DNA from: Patescibacteria group bacterium
GTDB taxonomy: Bacteria > Patescibacteriota > JAHJAL01
Direction of reading: 5' to 3'
DNA length: 64,000 nucleotides
Assembly (NCBI GenBank): GCA_049322675.1
Contig: JBMORM010000014.1
Location: 15,896-79,895, forward strand
The notes below the pieces were generated by a model. That model saw only the letters and a list, made by a program, of their open reading frames with translations. It made no database searches and was not told where the DNA came from. How positions within the stretch are numbered: position 1 is the first letter of the stretch; each line of letters opens with the position of its first letter. The translations under genes and the position numbers were made by a program. Positions 43,107 to 54,052 of the stretch are shown here, piece by piece.

Positions 43107-44495
43107 ATGAAATCAATAATTGAAAATTCGGAACATACAATTGAGAAAATAAATAATCCCTGGGGCGAAACGACAGATCCAAACAAACACAATCCGGAAA
43201 AATTCCGTTATCTTGTTCATGCTTTCAACCCGGCTTCTGCAATAAATATGATGCAAATGAACATTATTGTCCAAGAAAAATATTCCCATCATATTTTCGA
43301 CAAAAAAGATGGCGATCAATCAATCAATCTTTTTTGCCAACCTGAGAGGTTAACCCAGAGAGTGGCCTTGTCTTGTTCATTAATTGATCAGAATCATGTT
43401 GCTACCTGGGGAAGAGCCGGCATTATCCTTGAAGCCGACCAGAAAAATGTCTGTATTTCTCAACCGAAAGATTGTGGATCAATGGTTATGAGTAAAAATT
43501 TGCTTTTGCAACAGGCATTACAAAAAACTTTCTATTACCCAGATCAACTACTTCAACATTGCAATCCTCACCAATACAATGAAGTTGTTGTGTTGGCCAA
43601 TCACAATAATCAAAAAATCCGTCTCGCCGGTTTTTTTATTAAAGTCGATGAAGATGATGAACCAATAGATGAAGGCTTAGCTTCCAAAATGTCACTTCAT
43701 GCATATAGGCTTCATTTGCCATTAGTTAAAATACCGGAATTCAATGATTGTCTTGTCGACAAAATATTTGAACAACCAAACAGTCTCCATTTGCATTTCA
43801 AAGGGAAAACATGTTGGTTATCAGGTTCTCCTGACAATGGCCGACTTGACTTTCACAAAAGTGGCAGTAAAGGAATTTGGACATTTATTCATGAAACGGA
43901 GCTGGAAAACATTATTACATTTTTACAAAAAAATAATTTCTCCCAAAAAAAGATAAATGTAATTAAACAAAACTATCTTTCTGCCAGAGAAAAATATTTC
44001 GCCCCCACAATTGAATACAATCCTGATCATACAATTAAAAAAATAACCAAACTCTCCGGATACGGAAAAAATGAAAGAAAAATAGAAATATATCCTTCTG
44101 GAGTTGCTCATTGGGTAAATCTGGCGGCGGAGCGAAAAAAGGTCTCAGAAATTTTTTCCAGTAATGGTAGGCCGCAAATTCAAGAAGAAAGATCGCTTTA
44201 CCATCCACTTAATCCTCAAGAATTTGACTCAATAATAGATATGTTGCTCAAAGACAAACAAAACAAAATCTCTCATGATATTATCAAACAATGGGCAAAA
44301 GATCTTGGACCAGTCATAGCCAAAAAATGGAAAAATGAAATGGAAAACAAACAAACACTCAGTATGCTTAACGGTCGTAATTTAGAACTTGAAAAGAAAA
44401 AGATGCTAGAATGGATCGATTCCCTACCACCCGATCCCAAACGTGAACGCGAATTAATAGATCAGATAATCAAATCCATCAATTCCAATAAGTGA
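43107..44495 (+). CDS. Hypothetical protein with a possible ADP-ribosyltransferase-like N-terminal domain
   Basis: Long ORF with its own TTGACA..TTTAAT promoter (43038-43066); YLVH, LSCSLI and YNEVVV motifs. Confidence 0.7.
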   Translation: MKSIIENSEHTIEKINNPWGETTDPNKHNPEKFRYLVHAFNPASAINMMQMNIIVQEKYSHHIFDKKDGDQSINLFCQPERLTQRVALSCSLIDQNHVATWGRAGIILEADQKNVCISQPKDCGSMVMSKNLLLQQALQKTFYYPDQLLQHCNPHQYNEVVVLANHNNQKIRLAGFFIKVDEDDEPIDEGLASKMSLHAYRLHLPLVKIPEFNDCLVDKIFEQPNSLHLHFKGKTCWLSGSPDNGRLDFHKSGSKGIWTFIHETELENIITFLQKNNFSQKKINVIKQNYLSAREKYFAPTIEYNPDHTIKKITKLSGYGKNERKIEIYPSGVAHWVNLAAERKKVSEIFSSNGRPQIQEERSLYHPLNPQEFDSIIDMLLKDKQNKISHDIIKQWAKDLGPVIAKKWKNEMENKQTLSMLNGRNLELEKKKMLEWIDSLPPDPKRERELIDQIIKSINSNK

Positions 44496-44511
44496 TTATA
44501 ATTTTTCCAAC

Positions 44512-44540
44512 AAAAACTCCCCTTCTTGGGGAGTTTTTTT
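44512..44540 (+). terminator. Intrinsic terminator
   Basis: aaaaactcccc-ttctt-ggggagttttt. Confidence 0.85.
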
Positions 44541-44634
44541 GCTAAAATATACTAAGTACCCAAAATTATTTTATAACGTATTTTTTCCCTTCTCCCCCTA
44601 AAACCTGAAACCTAGTATCTAAAACCTAAAACAT

Positions 44635-46638
44635 ATGCCCCAATTCAACCTCAAATTTCCCTACCAACCAACCGGTGACCAGCCCCAGGCCATAGAAAAG
44701 TTATTAGCTGGTTTAAAAAAACAAGAAAAATTTCAAACTTTAAAAGGCGTGACCGGATCCGGCAAAACTTTTACCATGGCCAACATCATCCAATCGGTCC
44801 AAAAACCAACCCTCGTTTTGGCTCACAACAAAACTTTGGCCGCCCAACTTGCCCAGGAATTTAAAGAATTTTTTCCTGACAACGCTGTTCATTATTTTGT
44901 CAGTTATTACGATTACTACCAACCGGAAGCTTACATGCCCGCCTCTGACACCTATATTGAAAAAGACAGCTCCATCAACGAAGAAATCGATAAATTACGC
45001 CATGCTGCTACCGCCAGCCTTCTTCTGCGTGATGACGTGATTATTGTTGCTTCTGTCTCCTGCATCTATGGTATTGGTAATCCGGAAACCTACAAAGAAA
45101 CCGGTATCAAGATTAAAACCAACCAAAAAATCAATCGTCGCCAATTTTTAGAAAATCTTATCGATATTCAATATCAACGCAACGACATCGATTATCATCG
45201 CGGCACTTTCCGTCTGCGTGGTGATGTTTTAGAAGTTTGGCCGCCTTATGAAGACAATGGATTCATGATTGATTTTTTCGGCGACAATATTGACGGCATT
45301 CGCCAAGTTGACTCTCTAACGGGCGAAGTTCTGCAAACCCTGAATCGTTTAATTATTTTCCCCGCCAAACATTTTGTCACTACCAAATCTGAAGTCAAAG
45401 AAATTATTGAAATAATCAAAAAAGATCTCATCACCGAACATGCTGAATTAATAAAAAATGGCAAAGAATTGGAAGCGGCTCGTCTCAAACAACGCGTTAG
45501 CTTTGATTTGGAAATGATCGCCGAGACTGGTTATTGCTCAGGTATCGAAAACTACAGTCGATATTTTGATCGCCGTCAGGCCGGTCAACCGCCCCACGTT
45601 CTCCTGGATTTCTTCCCCAAAAATTATCTGATGTTCATCGACGAATCACACATTACCGTTCCGCAAATCGGCGGCATGTTTGCAGGTGACAAGGCTCGCA
45701 AGGACATGTTGGTAAATTATGGTTTTAGACTCAAAGCATCATACGACAATCGTCCCCTAAATTTTCCTGAATTTGAGACCAAAATCAATCAAGTTATTTT
45801 TACCACCGCCACTCCGGGTAATTACGAAAAAGAACATTCGTCAAAAATCATCGAACAAATTATCCGCCCCACCGGATTGATTGATCCCCAAATTGAAGTC
45901 CGGCCCGCCCAGGGTCAAATCGACGATCTGATTGCCGAAATCCGTGCCACCGTCAAGAAAAAACAGCGAGTTTTAGTTACGACTCTCACCAAACGATTGG
46001 CTGAGGAATTGACCGAATATTTGCAAGAAATAAAAATCAAAGTCCAATATCTTCATAGCGATGTTGATACGGTTGAACGTATTGAAATTCTAAGAGATCT
46101 GCGTTTGGGGGTTTATGACGTTTTGGTTGGCATTAATCTTTTGCGCGAAGGCTTGGATCTGCCGGAAGTTACATTGGTTGCTATTTTGGACGCGGATCAA
46201 GAAGGGTTTTTACGATCAGAAACTGCTTTGATTCAAACCATTGGTCGTGCCGCCCGACACGTTGACGGCAGAGTAATCATGTATGCCGACAAAATCACCC
46301 GCTCCATGCAAGCGGCTCTGGATGAGACTATTCGTCGTCGCCAGATTCAAACAGCTTACAATCAAAAAAATAACATCACCCCGCAAACCATCATCAGTCG
46401 CATCAAAGATCTGGGCTTTGAGTCCAAAAAAACCAAAGACAAGAAAAAAACCAGATCAGGCCGGATGGATTGGGACAAAATTGCCGAATATTCTCCCGAC
46501 GCCATCGATCGCCTGATATCAGACAAAGAAAAACAGATGGACTTGGCTGCCAAAAACCTCGAATTTGAACTTGCCGCCGAACTTAGAGATCAAATCGAAG
46601 AGCTAGTCGTTCTCAAAAAGACCAAAAACAATAAATAA
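44635..46638 (+). CDS. uvrB: Excinuclease ABC subunit B
   Basis: [37 protein letters not shown]-terminal UVR domain. Confidence 0.99.
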   Translation: MPQFNLKFPYQPTGDQPQAIEKLLAGLKKQEKFQTLKGVTGSGKTFTMANIIQSVQKPTLVLAHNKTLAAQLAQEFKEFFPDNAVHYFVSYYDYYQPEAYMPASDTYIEKDSSINEEIDKLRHAATASLLLRDDVIIVASVSCIYGIGNPETYKETGIKIKTNQKINRRQFLENLIDIQYQRNDIDYHRGTFRLRGDVLEVWPPYEDNGFMIDFFGDNIDGIRQVDSLTGEVLQTLNRLIIFPAKHFVTTKSEVKEIIEIIKKDLITEHAELIKNGKELEAARLKQRVSFDLEMIAETGYCSGIENYSRYFDRRQAGQPPHVLLDFFPKNYLMFIDESHITVPQIGGMFAGDKARKDMLVNYGFRLKASYDNRPLNFPEFETKINQVIFTTATPGNYEKEHSSKIIEQIIRPTGLIDPQIEVRPAQGQIDDLIAEIRATVKKKQRVLVTTLTKRLAEELTEYLQEIKIKVQYLHSDVDTVERIEILRDLRLGVYDVLVGINLLREGLDLPEVTLVAILDADQEGFLRSETALIQTIGRAARHVDGRVIMYADKITRSMQAALDETIRRRQIQTAYNQKNNITPQTIISRIKDLGFESKKTKDKKKTRSGRMDWDKIAEYSPDAIDRLISDKEKQMDLAAKNLEFELAAELRDQIEELVVLKKTKNNK

Positions 46639-46666
46639 TTTTAGTACTGTAATATTTTCCCAGCTC

Positions 46667-46702
46667 AAACGTTGCTATATCTAGAAATAAGCAACGTTTT
46701 TT
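46667..46702 (+). terminator. Intrinsic terminator after uvrB
   Basis: aaacgttgct...agcaacgttt followed by T-run. Confidence 0.75.
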
Positions 46703-46778
46703 TGTTGGAGAAATCATTGACAAAATACAATATTATTGTACGCTTACTTAAACTTTTCTATTATTAAATAAACTCAAT

Positions 46779-48920
46779 ATGGATACTCTCGAAAAAAAAG
46801 ATTTATATCCCAATCTATCCGAAATAAAAGAAAACAATTCGGTTTATATTCCTGCTGGTCTATCGGAAATAAAAGAATATATCAAACAAAATATACCGAC
46901 TATCAAAACCGTACTGAATCAAAGTAATCCCCAAAACATCTTGCCGTTATTGGATGATAAAAATCCCGCTAGACACCAATCCGAAGATTATATTTTAGCT
47001 TTGGATGAAAAAATTAGTGAATATCACCAGAAACTACAGAAATCGGCTGAAATCAAATCCAACCAAGAAGTCATTATTGCCGAATACAACAAAAATACCG
47101 AAAATATCCTTCTCAATTTAAAACAAATCGCTGATCAAGAAAATGAACTCCTGGAAATGCTCATGCAAAAAATCAGCCACGATGAGCACGATCCAATTTA
47201 TTGTGAGATCAAAAAAGACGACTCTTTGGAAGCGGATGAATTCGAGCAAACATTGCAAAAACAAGCTGTTAGCCAATCTGACATTATACTTTCTATGTTT
47301 GGACAAATTAGTAAAGTTGTTCCGCCAGAAATTTTGAATCGCCTGGACATAACCAATATGACCAAAAAAGCAAAAAGATTGTTGGATAATCCCAAAAAAA
47401 TACTTTCCGAAATGAAAAAAAATGCCCTGCAAAAAAAGAAAAAAGGTTGCAGCAAGACCATGGATTTGCGTATTTCCATGATTGATATTCATGAAAAAAT
47501 AATTTCACATCTGCTTTTGCAATCAAAAGTCGAAAATTTGCCAACTGGAAACAATGCCCGACTTCAATATCTGATTCGTAAAAAAAACAAACAAAACAAA
47601 AATATTTACGACACGATTAAAAAATATATCCAAATCGGCTATCAATATTTTTCTTCTCTTAAAAATGATCAGGAAAATATTCCAGAAACGAGAAAAAAAT
47701 GTAAAACTTGCGTCACGAAAATTTGCACATATATTGACGACATCTTGCAGAATCAAACCAGTCTCAAAGACAATCAGGAAATTAACGAAATTATCGATTT
47801 GCTTAGTACTTTACATCAACAATCCGATCATGAAATAGACAAAGTAAATGACCTCCCCAAAACTCAGATCAAAGATGGCAAGAAAATAATTAAATATCGC
47901 AGCAAAGAAATATCCAAACTTGAAAGCCATATTCAAAGTATGATTTCCAGCCGTGAGCAGTCTTTGCAAGATCTGGCCGAGAGCAACAGCAATCAACTTC
48001 ATCAAATATCTTTACATAACGATCAAGTCTTTCAAAACATTCTTTCCGATCTGGATTCTTTATCTGATTTTTTAAAAGAAAAAGATTCTGCTTTGATAAA
48101 TTCTCTTGTTTTTCCCAAATTCTTTTCCGAATCAACAGTCTCAGAGAAAAATTCTTCCGCCCAATTTTTCCTCAATGGACACAACAAACACAAGCTGATA
48201 TACCCAATCGATAAAGGATTTGCCTCTCGAATAGAAATTATCGAAAAATATTGCTTCCAGACCTTAAAAATCCTGGCGCACAATTTAAGATATTTAGTTT
48301 TTCTCCAATATAAACAAAAATTTACCTATCCCAAACCAGAAATCAGAAATGAAATCAAGACACTTACTGACTTCCAGAAACAGTTATTTGATGATTATAT
48401 CTCTCTGATGGATTATGTCAATCAGGAAATAGAATCATATAATTTAAAACACCAAAAAAATATTCCCGTGTCCAATCCTCACGGATTATTGGCCGAATTA
48501 TTATGGTCAACCTCGCATATGGCCAACAGCTACTTTCTGACAAAACAACAAAACAATCCAATTTTCATCGCTCGTCCGACATCAGAACTTGACGACAATG
48601 AAGCCAAAGATTTTGAATTTCACTTTCCAAAAACCAATCAAAATTTTCATCTCCAACTCACTACCATTAAGAAAACCTGCGACAATGACAAATATTACGA
48701 AAAAGAGTCAAAAACATATCGCCACAACGTTCCCTTGCTCACAATTCCGTCCTGGCAAAGGCAATGGGAAAAAATCAAAAATGGCGATTATTTGAATCAT
48801 GATTTTCTAAAATATAATCTAACCAAGCCCTTGCACGAACAACAGCTGGAAAATCCTCTTACCCCGCCAAGTATCAAACAGGACATTTTGTACTTTGTAG
48901 AACTATTGGATAATCAATAA
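46779..48920 (+). CDS. Large hypothetical coiled-coil-rich protein
   Basis: 713-aa ORF with upstream TTGACA promoter-like site near 46718; no motif recognised. Confidence 0.75.
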   Translation: MDTLEKKDLYPNLSEIKENNSVYIPAGLSEIKEYIKQNIPTIKTVLNQSNPQNILPLLDDKNPARHQSEDYILALDEKISEYHQKLQKSAEIKSNQEVIIAEYNKNTENILLNLKQIADQENELLEMLMQKISHDEHDPIYCEIKKDDSLEADEFEQTLQKQAVSQSDIILSMFGQISKVVPPEILNRLDITNMTKKAKRLLDNPKKILSEMKKNALQKKKKGCSKTMDLRISMIDIHEKIISHLLLQSKVENLPTGNNARLQYLIRKKNKQNKNIYDTIKKYIQIGYQYFSSLKNDQENIPETRKKCKTCVTKICTYIDDILQNQTSLKDNQEINEIIDLLSTLHQQSDHEIDKVNDLPKTQIKDGKKIIKYRSKEISKLESHIQSMISSREQSLQDLAESNSNQLHQISLHNDQVFQNILSDLDSLSDFLKEKDSALINSLVFPKFFSESTVSEKNSSAQFFLNGHNKHKLIYPIDKGFASRIEIIEKYCFQTLKILAHNLRYLVFLQYKQKFTYPKPEIRNEIKTLTDFQKQLFDDYISLMDYVNQEIESYNLKHQKNIPVSNPHGLLAELLWSTSHMANSYFLTKQQNNPIFIARPTSELDDNEAKDFEFHFPKTNQNFHLQLTTIKKTCDNDKYYEKESKTYRHNVPLLTIPSWQRQWEKIKNGDYLNHDFLKYNLTKPLHEQQLENPLTPPSIKQDILYFVELLDNQ

Positions 48921-48998
48921 TTTTTACAAAAATATTTTGTTTAATCCGTTTTTCCGTTTATAATACAATATAGTTGTCAATAATCATTAACAAGCAAC

Positions 48999-49322
48999 AT
49001 GTCCAAAAAAAAGAAAAAACTCAAATCTCATATTTTCCATGCCACCCACCAAGCCAAACACCAAGCAGCTACGGGCAATACAGATGGTCGTGGTTCCGAA
49101 GCCAACACCAGCGCCAATGTCACCTATTTTTCCGCCGCTCCCGAAGACAAATCCCACAAATACGATCGCCAATTCGGACATGTTTTACCTGATCTGAAAT
49201 TTTTTGGCGTCATGGTGGTTATGATGGCTATTGTTTTAGGAGTTATCTATTATTTTGACCAAACGGGAAATCTGATCATCAAAGTTGGCGACCAAGTTTA
49301 CAAAATACTAAATCTTAGCTAA
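48999..49322 (+). CDS. Small membrane protein with basic N-terminus
   Basis: One C-terminal TM helix; followed by a terminator. Confidence 0.7.
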   Translation: MSKKKKKLKSHIFHATHQAKHQAATGNTDGRGSEANTSANVTYFSAAPEDKSHKYDRQFGHVLPDLKFFGVMVVMMAIVLGVIYYFDQTGNLIIKVGDQVYKILNLS

Positions 49323-49338
49323 TTGCTTTCAATCAGAC

Positions 49339-49376
49339 AAATAAACCCCGATACAAAATCGGGGTTTATTTTTTTT
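49339..49376. terminator. Bidirectional terminator
   Basis: aaataaaccccgat-acaaa-atcggggtttattt between convergent genes. Confidence 0.85.
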
Positions 49377-49399
49377 AAAAAACCATACCAACTATTTTC

Positions 49400-49747
49400 T
49401 TAAAAAAATAATTTCCCGATCAAGTAGGAACTCAAGTTACAAATTACAGATAATATTACAGCCGTTTTCCAATTTACCGGTAAACTAAACTTAATAATCA
49501 CAATTTCCACCAAGGTAACAAATATCTCCCCGCTCAAAATCATATATTTCCCGGCAAACACCGTCGGCCAGACAAACCACAAATAGGGCAGGGTCGCGAA
49601 TGAAGCCAAAAAACCCGTGAAAATAATTTTATTCCAAGCGATATCCCAATTATTCTTTTTGGTCCATTTTAAAACAATTACCATTGCAATAGTTTCAATC
49701 ACAATCGTCAAAATCAAAGCTACAAAAAACAATCCATAAAAATCCAT
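49400..49747 (-). CDS. Small multi-TM membrane protein
   Basis: LTIVIET, ATLPYLW, EIFVTLVE, NLSSYLIG; four hydrophobic segments. Confidence 0.8.
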   Translation of the reverse strand: MDFYGLFFVALILTIVIETIAMVIVLKWTKKNNWDIAWNKIIFTGFLASFATLPYLWFVWPTVFAGKYMILSGEIFVTLVEIVIIKFSLPVNWKTAVILSVICNLSSYLIGKLFF

Positions 49748-49859
49748 AAAGACGACTCCCCAAAATCTCCATCAAATATTCCCCTATATCCGAATATCCC
49801 AACAAAATATCGTTTGGAAATTGGAAATTGAGAATTGGAAATTGAAAATTAAAAATTTA

Positions 49860-51209
49860 CTATCGTATTCCCGCCCCATTCTCCACTTTCTTTTCCGGAT
49901 TTAGCAAAATCGCTTTTCCCGCATCATCTACGCACAACATCATTCCCTTTGATTTGATTCCCCGCAGTTCTTTTTCCTCCAGATTAGCCAAAACCGGAAT
50001 TTGCCTACCCAGCAATTCCTCTGGTTTGTAATATTCTTTTATTCCGGCTACAATTGTATTTTCTCCCCTGGCGCCAAAATCCAAGGTCAATTTGTACAAT
50101 TTGTCCGCTCCCGCCACTTCATCTACCGCTTTAATTTCTGCGATTCTGACGTCGATTTTGAGCCAATCCTCAAAAGATATCTCCGGCTTTTCTTTTAATT
50201 CAGTACTTTTCATTGGCAATACCAGTCCGACATTTTTCTTTGCTTTTTCTAAAGTTATACCAGCAGTTGCTTTTGCCTTGGCAGCTCCCTTGGCCATAAG
50301 TAACCCGACATAATCTTTATTCTTCTCCAATTCCCGATATTTTTCTTGGATGGGTTTCAAAAAATCAATAATCAACTCCGCCAGATCATTTTTAAAATCA
50401 CCATACCCCTTACCCTGATATTTTTTTTCAATCACCTTCTCTCCTGTTCCTGTAATACATTGATAAATAGTCAATAAATTGTATAAACCTTTTCTTTCTT
50501 TATCAAAAACAATGTCCTGACCGGAATCAGTTACCGCCTTTGCAATCTTTTGCCTAATATCTTCCGGATTATCCAAAAGCCAAATATAATCATATTTGCT
50601 CTTGGCGGACTTATCCATTTTCTTTTCTGGATTATCTAAAGCCATAACCCTCGCTCCCTGAGGAGGGATAAAAGCCTGGGGTTCCTTGAAAATCTCTCCA
50701 TAAGTTCGATTGAATTTTCTAGCAATCTCCCTGGTGATTTCCACGTGTTGAGTTTGATCATCTCCCACCGGTACCAAATCCGTTTGATAAAGCAAAATAT
50801 CCGCCGCCATCAAAACCGGATAATCAAACAACCCTACCGATACGTTTTCCTGTGACAATTTGGCGGATTTTTCTTTGTATTGAATCATCTGCGTCATCCA
50901 GGAAAAAGGAGTTACGCAATTTAATAACCAGCACAATTCAGTATGCTCCGGAATATGTGACTGAATAAAAATATTTGATTTCTCCGGATCAATCCCGCAA
51001 GCCAAATACAGCATAAACATTTCCATACTTTTTTCTCGTACCAATTTCGGATCTTTGGGAGTGGTCAAGGCGTGCAAATCAGCAATAAAAAACCAATTTT
51101 CATTCGGGCCTTCATTTTGTTGTTTAACCCATTCCCGAATAGCCCCAATATAATTTCCAATAGTCAAATTTCCGGAAGGAGCAATACCTGATAACACTCT
51201 TTTTTTCAT
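49860..51209 (-). CDS. trpS: Tryptophanyl-tRNA synthetase fused to a C-terminal tRNA-binding OB-fold domain
   Basis: SGIAPSGNLTIGNY, YPVLMAADIL, VPVGDDQ, KMDKS; tail DVRIAEI..ADKLYKL..IVAGI..NLEEKELRGIKSKGMML. Confidence 0.95.
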   Translation of the reverse strand: MKKRVLSGIAPSGNLTIGNYIGAIREWVKQQNEGPNENWFFIADLHALTTPKDPKLVREKSMEMFMLYLACGIDPEKSNIFIQSHIPEHTELCWLLNCVTPFSWMTQMIQYKEKSAKLSQENVSVGLFDYPVLMAADILLYQTDLVPVGDDQTQHVEITREIARKFNRTYGEIFKEPQAFIPPQGARVMALDNPEKKMDKSAKSKYDYIWLLDNPEDIRQKIAKAVTDSGQDIVFDKERKGLYNLLTIYQCITGTGEKVIEKKYQGKGYGDFKNDLAELIIDFLKPIQEKYRELEKNKDYVGLLMAKGAAKAKATAGITLEKAKKNVGLVLPMKSTELKEKPEISFEDWLKIDVRIAEIKAVDEVAGADKLYKLTLDFGARGENTIVAGIKEYYKPEELLGRQIPVLANLEEKELRGIKSKGMMLCVDDAGKAILLNPEKKVENGAGIR

Positions 51210-51311
51210 GGTAAACCTCTGATGAATAATCAATAAACTCTAATAATATTATATCCCATCTTTTCCTAAAAACAGGATTTTTGCTAACATTAAAATATCT
51301 AATAAAAACAT

Positions 51312-51899
51312 ATGTTCAAAAATCGTTTTTTTCTTATCGTCCTTTTCTCCATTCTAGTCGTGACGTCATTTCAATTGTATCGCTTCAATCAGGCTTCGCG
51401 GTTAAAATCGATTGCCTCCACCAATACCCAGCTCAATCTTAATGTATTAGTCGGCTCCCTTTCTCAAACTGTTTCTTCGGACATTGGCGGCGGCAACGAA
51501 GTCAAATTGAGCCCGGTTGACATAACTACCGCTCCTGCGACTGGAGTTGATACCACCGGAGATTTCAATACCACCGTTCGTGACCACCGGGGGCTTGCCA
51601 TCGGTTGGAGTCAAACAGTAACTTGTAGTGATTTTGTCAGCGGCACTGATGTTATTCCTGTGTCCAGCCTTTCGATTGCTCCTACTACCCTCACTCCGAT
51701 TGGCGTATCTGATCCCACCGGCGTTCACCTGGGTCCAACCCACAATTTTGCCAATACTTCGGATGCGGCCACGATCATCTACGCCGCTGCCGGTCGCGGC
51801 CAAGGTCGCTTCGATATTTACAATATTTTAACTCTTCACGTTGACAAAAACACGCCCGTTGGACTTTATGTTTCCACTATGACCGTCACAATCAGTTAA
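51312..51899 (+). CDS. WxL-domain-like surface protein
   Basis: N-terminal signal/TM; VRDHRGLAIGWSQTVTCSDF and GLYVSTMTVTIS motifs. Confidence 0.75.
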   Translation: MFKNRFFLIVLFSILVVTSFQLYRFNQASRLKSIASTNTQLNLNVLVGSLSQTVSSDIGGGNEVKLSPVDITTAPATGVDTTGDFNTTVRDHRGLAIGWSQTVTCSDFVSGTDVIPVSSLSIAPTTLTPIGVSDPTGVHLGPTHNFANTSDAATIIYAAAGRGQGRFDIYNILTLHVDKNTPVGLYVSTMTVTIS

Positions 51900-51900
51900 A

Positions 51901-52752
51901 TCAGACTCTCAAAATCAACAATGAACCAAATTTCTCATTCCCTTCCTCCACCCCAAACCAGGGGTGGCATTCATTGATACTCACTTTGGCTCCATAATCA
52001 AGACTCCGATTTTCCACGACCAAAAATTCATCCCCTTCCGCATTTTTTGATGAAGTCCAAAAGCTGTTATTTTCGTCGTTCAAAACGCAATTTTTTAAAC
52101 CCGATCCTATCGACAATGATTTTAGAAACAAAATTTCCGATAGATTGGCATTTGTTTTTATTTTCAAATCAATAACCTCAATATCTGCCGTCATTTTTTC
52201 CAAATCCTGATTCTTGACTATCTCCCTATATTTCTCCAAAAAGCCCAATATTTCTTCTTTAGCAAAAAAATTTTTCTGTAAATTTTTCAATTTTCTAAAT
52301 TCGATCAATTTTAACCTGATCTGGTCCAGATAATTGTTATCCATCTCAGACCTAAAAATTGCATTTTTTACCAAAATCCACCCCGCATTTATTTTTTCCT
52401 GGCGTATATTGCTCTTATTACAAGATTGCCAAAAACAATTGCTTTCCTTTATCAGATCATTTTTTTGGCTATTTTTGAATCTTCTCAATATCTCATAAAC
52501 CTCCAGTCTATTTCCGTCTTCATCTTGGTCAATCATTAAAAACAACAAATAATCTTGTCTTTTAAATTCCACCAGATCCTTTCGACTGATGGAAAGTTTT
52601 GGAATTTTGATTTTATTGGTATCTATTCCTAAATTTAATCTGATCGAATCCGGACCAAAAAATCTATTCTCAAAAATCATTCTGGCATCCTTGATTGAAC
52701 ATTCGTCGGGATTACGAGGTAACCAATCAATATTTAATTCTTCTATACTCAT
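51901..52752 (-). CDS. Hypothetical protein
   Basis: Long ORF; ATG at 52752 preferred. Confidence 0.7.
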   Translation of the reverse strand: MSIEELNIDWLPRNPDECSIKDARMIFENRFFGPDSIRLNLGIDTNKIKIPKLSISRKDLVEFKRQDYLLFLMIDQDEDGNRLEVYEILRRFKNSQKNDLIKESNCFWQSCNKSNIRQEKINAGWILVKNAIFRSEMDNNYLDQIRLKLIEFRKLKNLQKNFFAKEEILGFLEKYREIVKNQDLEKMTADIEVIDLKIKTNANLSEILFLKSLSIGSGLKNCVLNDENNSFWTSSKNAEGDEFLVVENRSLDYGAKVSINECHPWFGVEEGNEKFGSLLILRV

Positions 52753-52898
52753 AAAAATATTGCCCAATTATTAAATATTATCTAGTATTAATAATACAGC
52801 ATTGAAAATCCATACCATATAAAACCTTGACATATACATTAAAAAATGTTAATAATAACATATTGTCACTTTAGATACTTTAAACTAATCAAATCAAT

Positions 52899-53975
52899 AT
52901 GAAACTGGAAAATAATCAAAATTTAGTTTTTGAACCGACAAATAAATCTATCATTGGAAAAAACAATCAACAAACATACTTTGAAAAACTAAAAAAATTC
53001 GTTCAAGAAGGTACGAAAGGAATCAAAGATTTTTCCCAAGAAGCTGCCAAATTACCAAATTATCTAATCAAACAGAAAGCAAAAGAACAAAAAAGGAGAG
53101 AGGCAAAAGCCAAGGCCAAACCCGCAATTCCTGTTGCGCAAAACGACTGCAAAAAGATTTCGAAATTACCTCAAAAAATATGTACTATCGCCGGTCTGTC
53201 CGGGATATTGCTTCTAAATTATATCCGTCCATCCGAGATCGAAGGCAAATCCATCGATAAAATCTCCTTATCAAATGTTCGCGTCTCCGTCCATCAAAGA
53301 CATGAATATCACAAGTCTGACCTCGAAAATATCGCCCTCCGAGACGATTCGATTGATCTGGCAGAAGTGGTTGTCAAAGTTCGACTAAATAGTAGTGAAG
53401 CCAACCAACACCGTCGTAAACCGTCCATCAAGGAAAATGTCGATTATAAATCACTGATTCTAAATCCAAAAAGCGCTGAAGAAGTCTGGAAAAAAATTAA
53501 AAATCTTAAAAACAATAACGGGGAACAGCCAAAAATTTATCTCAATAAAAAAATCAGCTCATACTGTGATGGAGTAATATGCAAAGATGGCAATCCGCCA
53601 ACTCCATATTTTAGTTACGCCGTTGACAAAACTATGCTCGGCCAATAATTTATCGTTGAATACACCAACAAAAAAACCGGAAAAAAAGCCTATATCGGCT
53701 TTGGCAAAGGCAGTGACACCGGTGGTTTGATCAGTAAAAATGATTCTGATCCAGATATGAGATTTCTTGACGTCTTCGGACCAGATCGAAATGCCTCATT
53801 TGATATTGGCGTTCAAGGAGAAAAAGAATGGCAAATTACATTGGTAATCGAAATTCCACCCGGAATACCAGGAGTATCAGACGATCAAACTGTTCAAGAA
53901 ATAAAACAAGCAAAAAAATCTCTCCAACCTTCGATTACCAAGCAAGTCAATGAAGCCGCACCGGAATCACTTTGA
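52899..53975 (+). pseudogene. 3D-domain (MltA-like lytic transglycosylase) protein interrupted by an in-frame TAA at 53646-53648
   Basis: ORFs 52899..53648 and 53727..53975 share a frame; reading through gives YAVDKTMLGQ*FIVEY...DTGGLI...RFLDVF. Confidence 0.7.
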
Positions 53976-54000
53976 TAACAAAATTCAATATTCTTAAGTT

Positions 54001-54039
54001 AAAAAACACCCCCGCTCATTTTGAGTGGGGGTGTTTTTC
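54001..54039. terminator. Bidirectional terminator
   Basis: aaaaacacccccgctca-ttt-tgagtgggggtgttttt. Confidence 0.85.
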
Positions 54040-54052
54040 GTACTCATCAAAG

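Noticed and set aside
52899-53975. Alternative genetic code as the explanation for the internal stop
   Set aside because: TAA terminates most conserved genes here, and TGA and TAG are also used as stops
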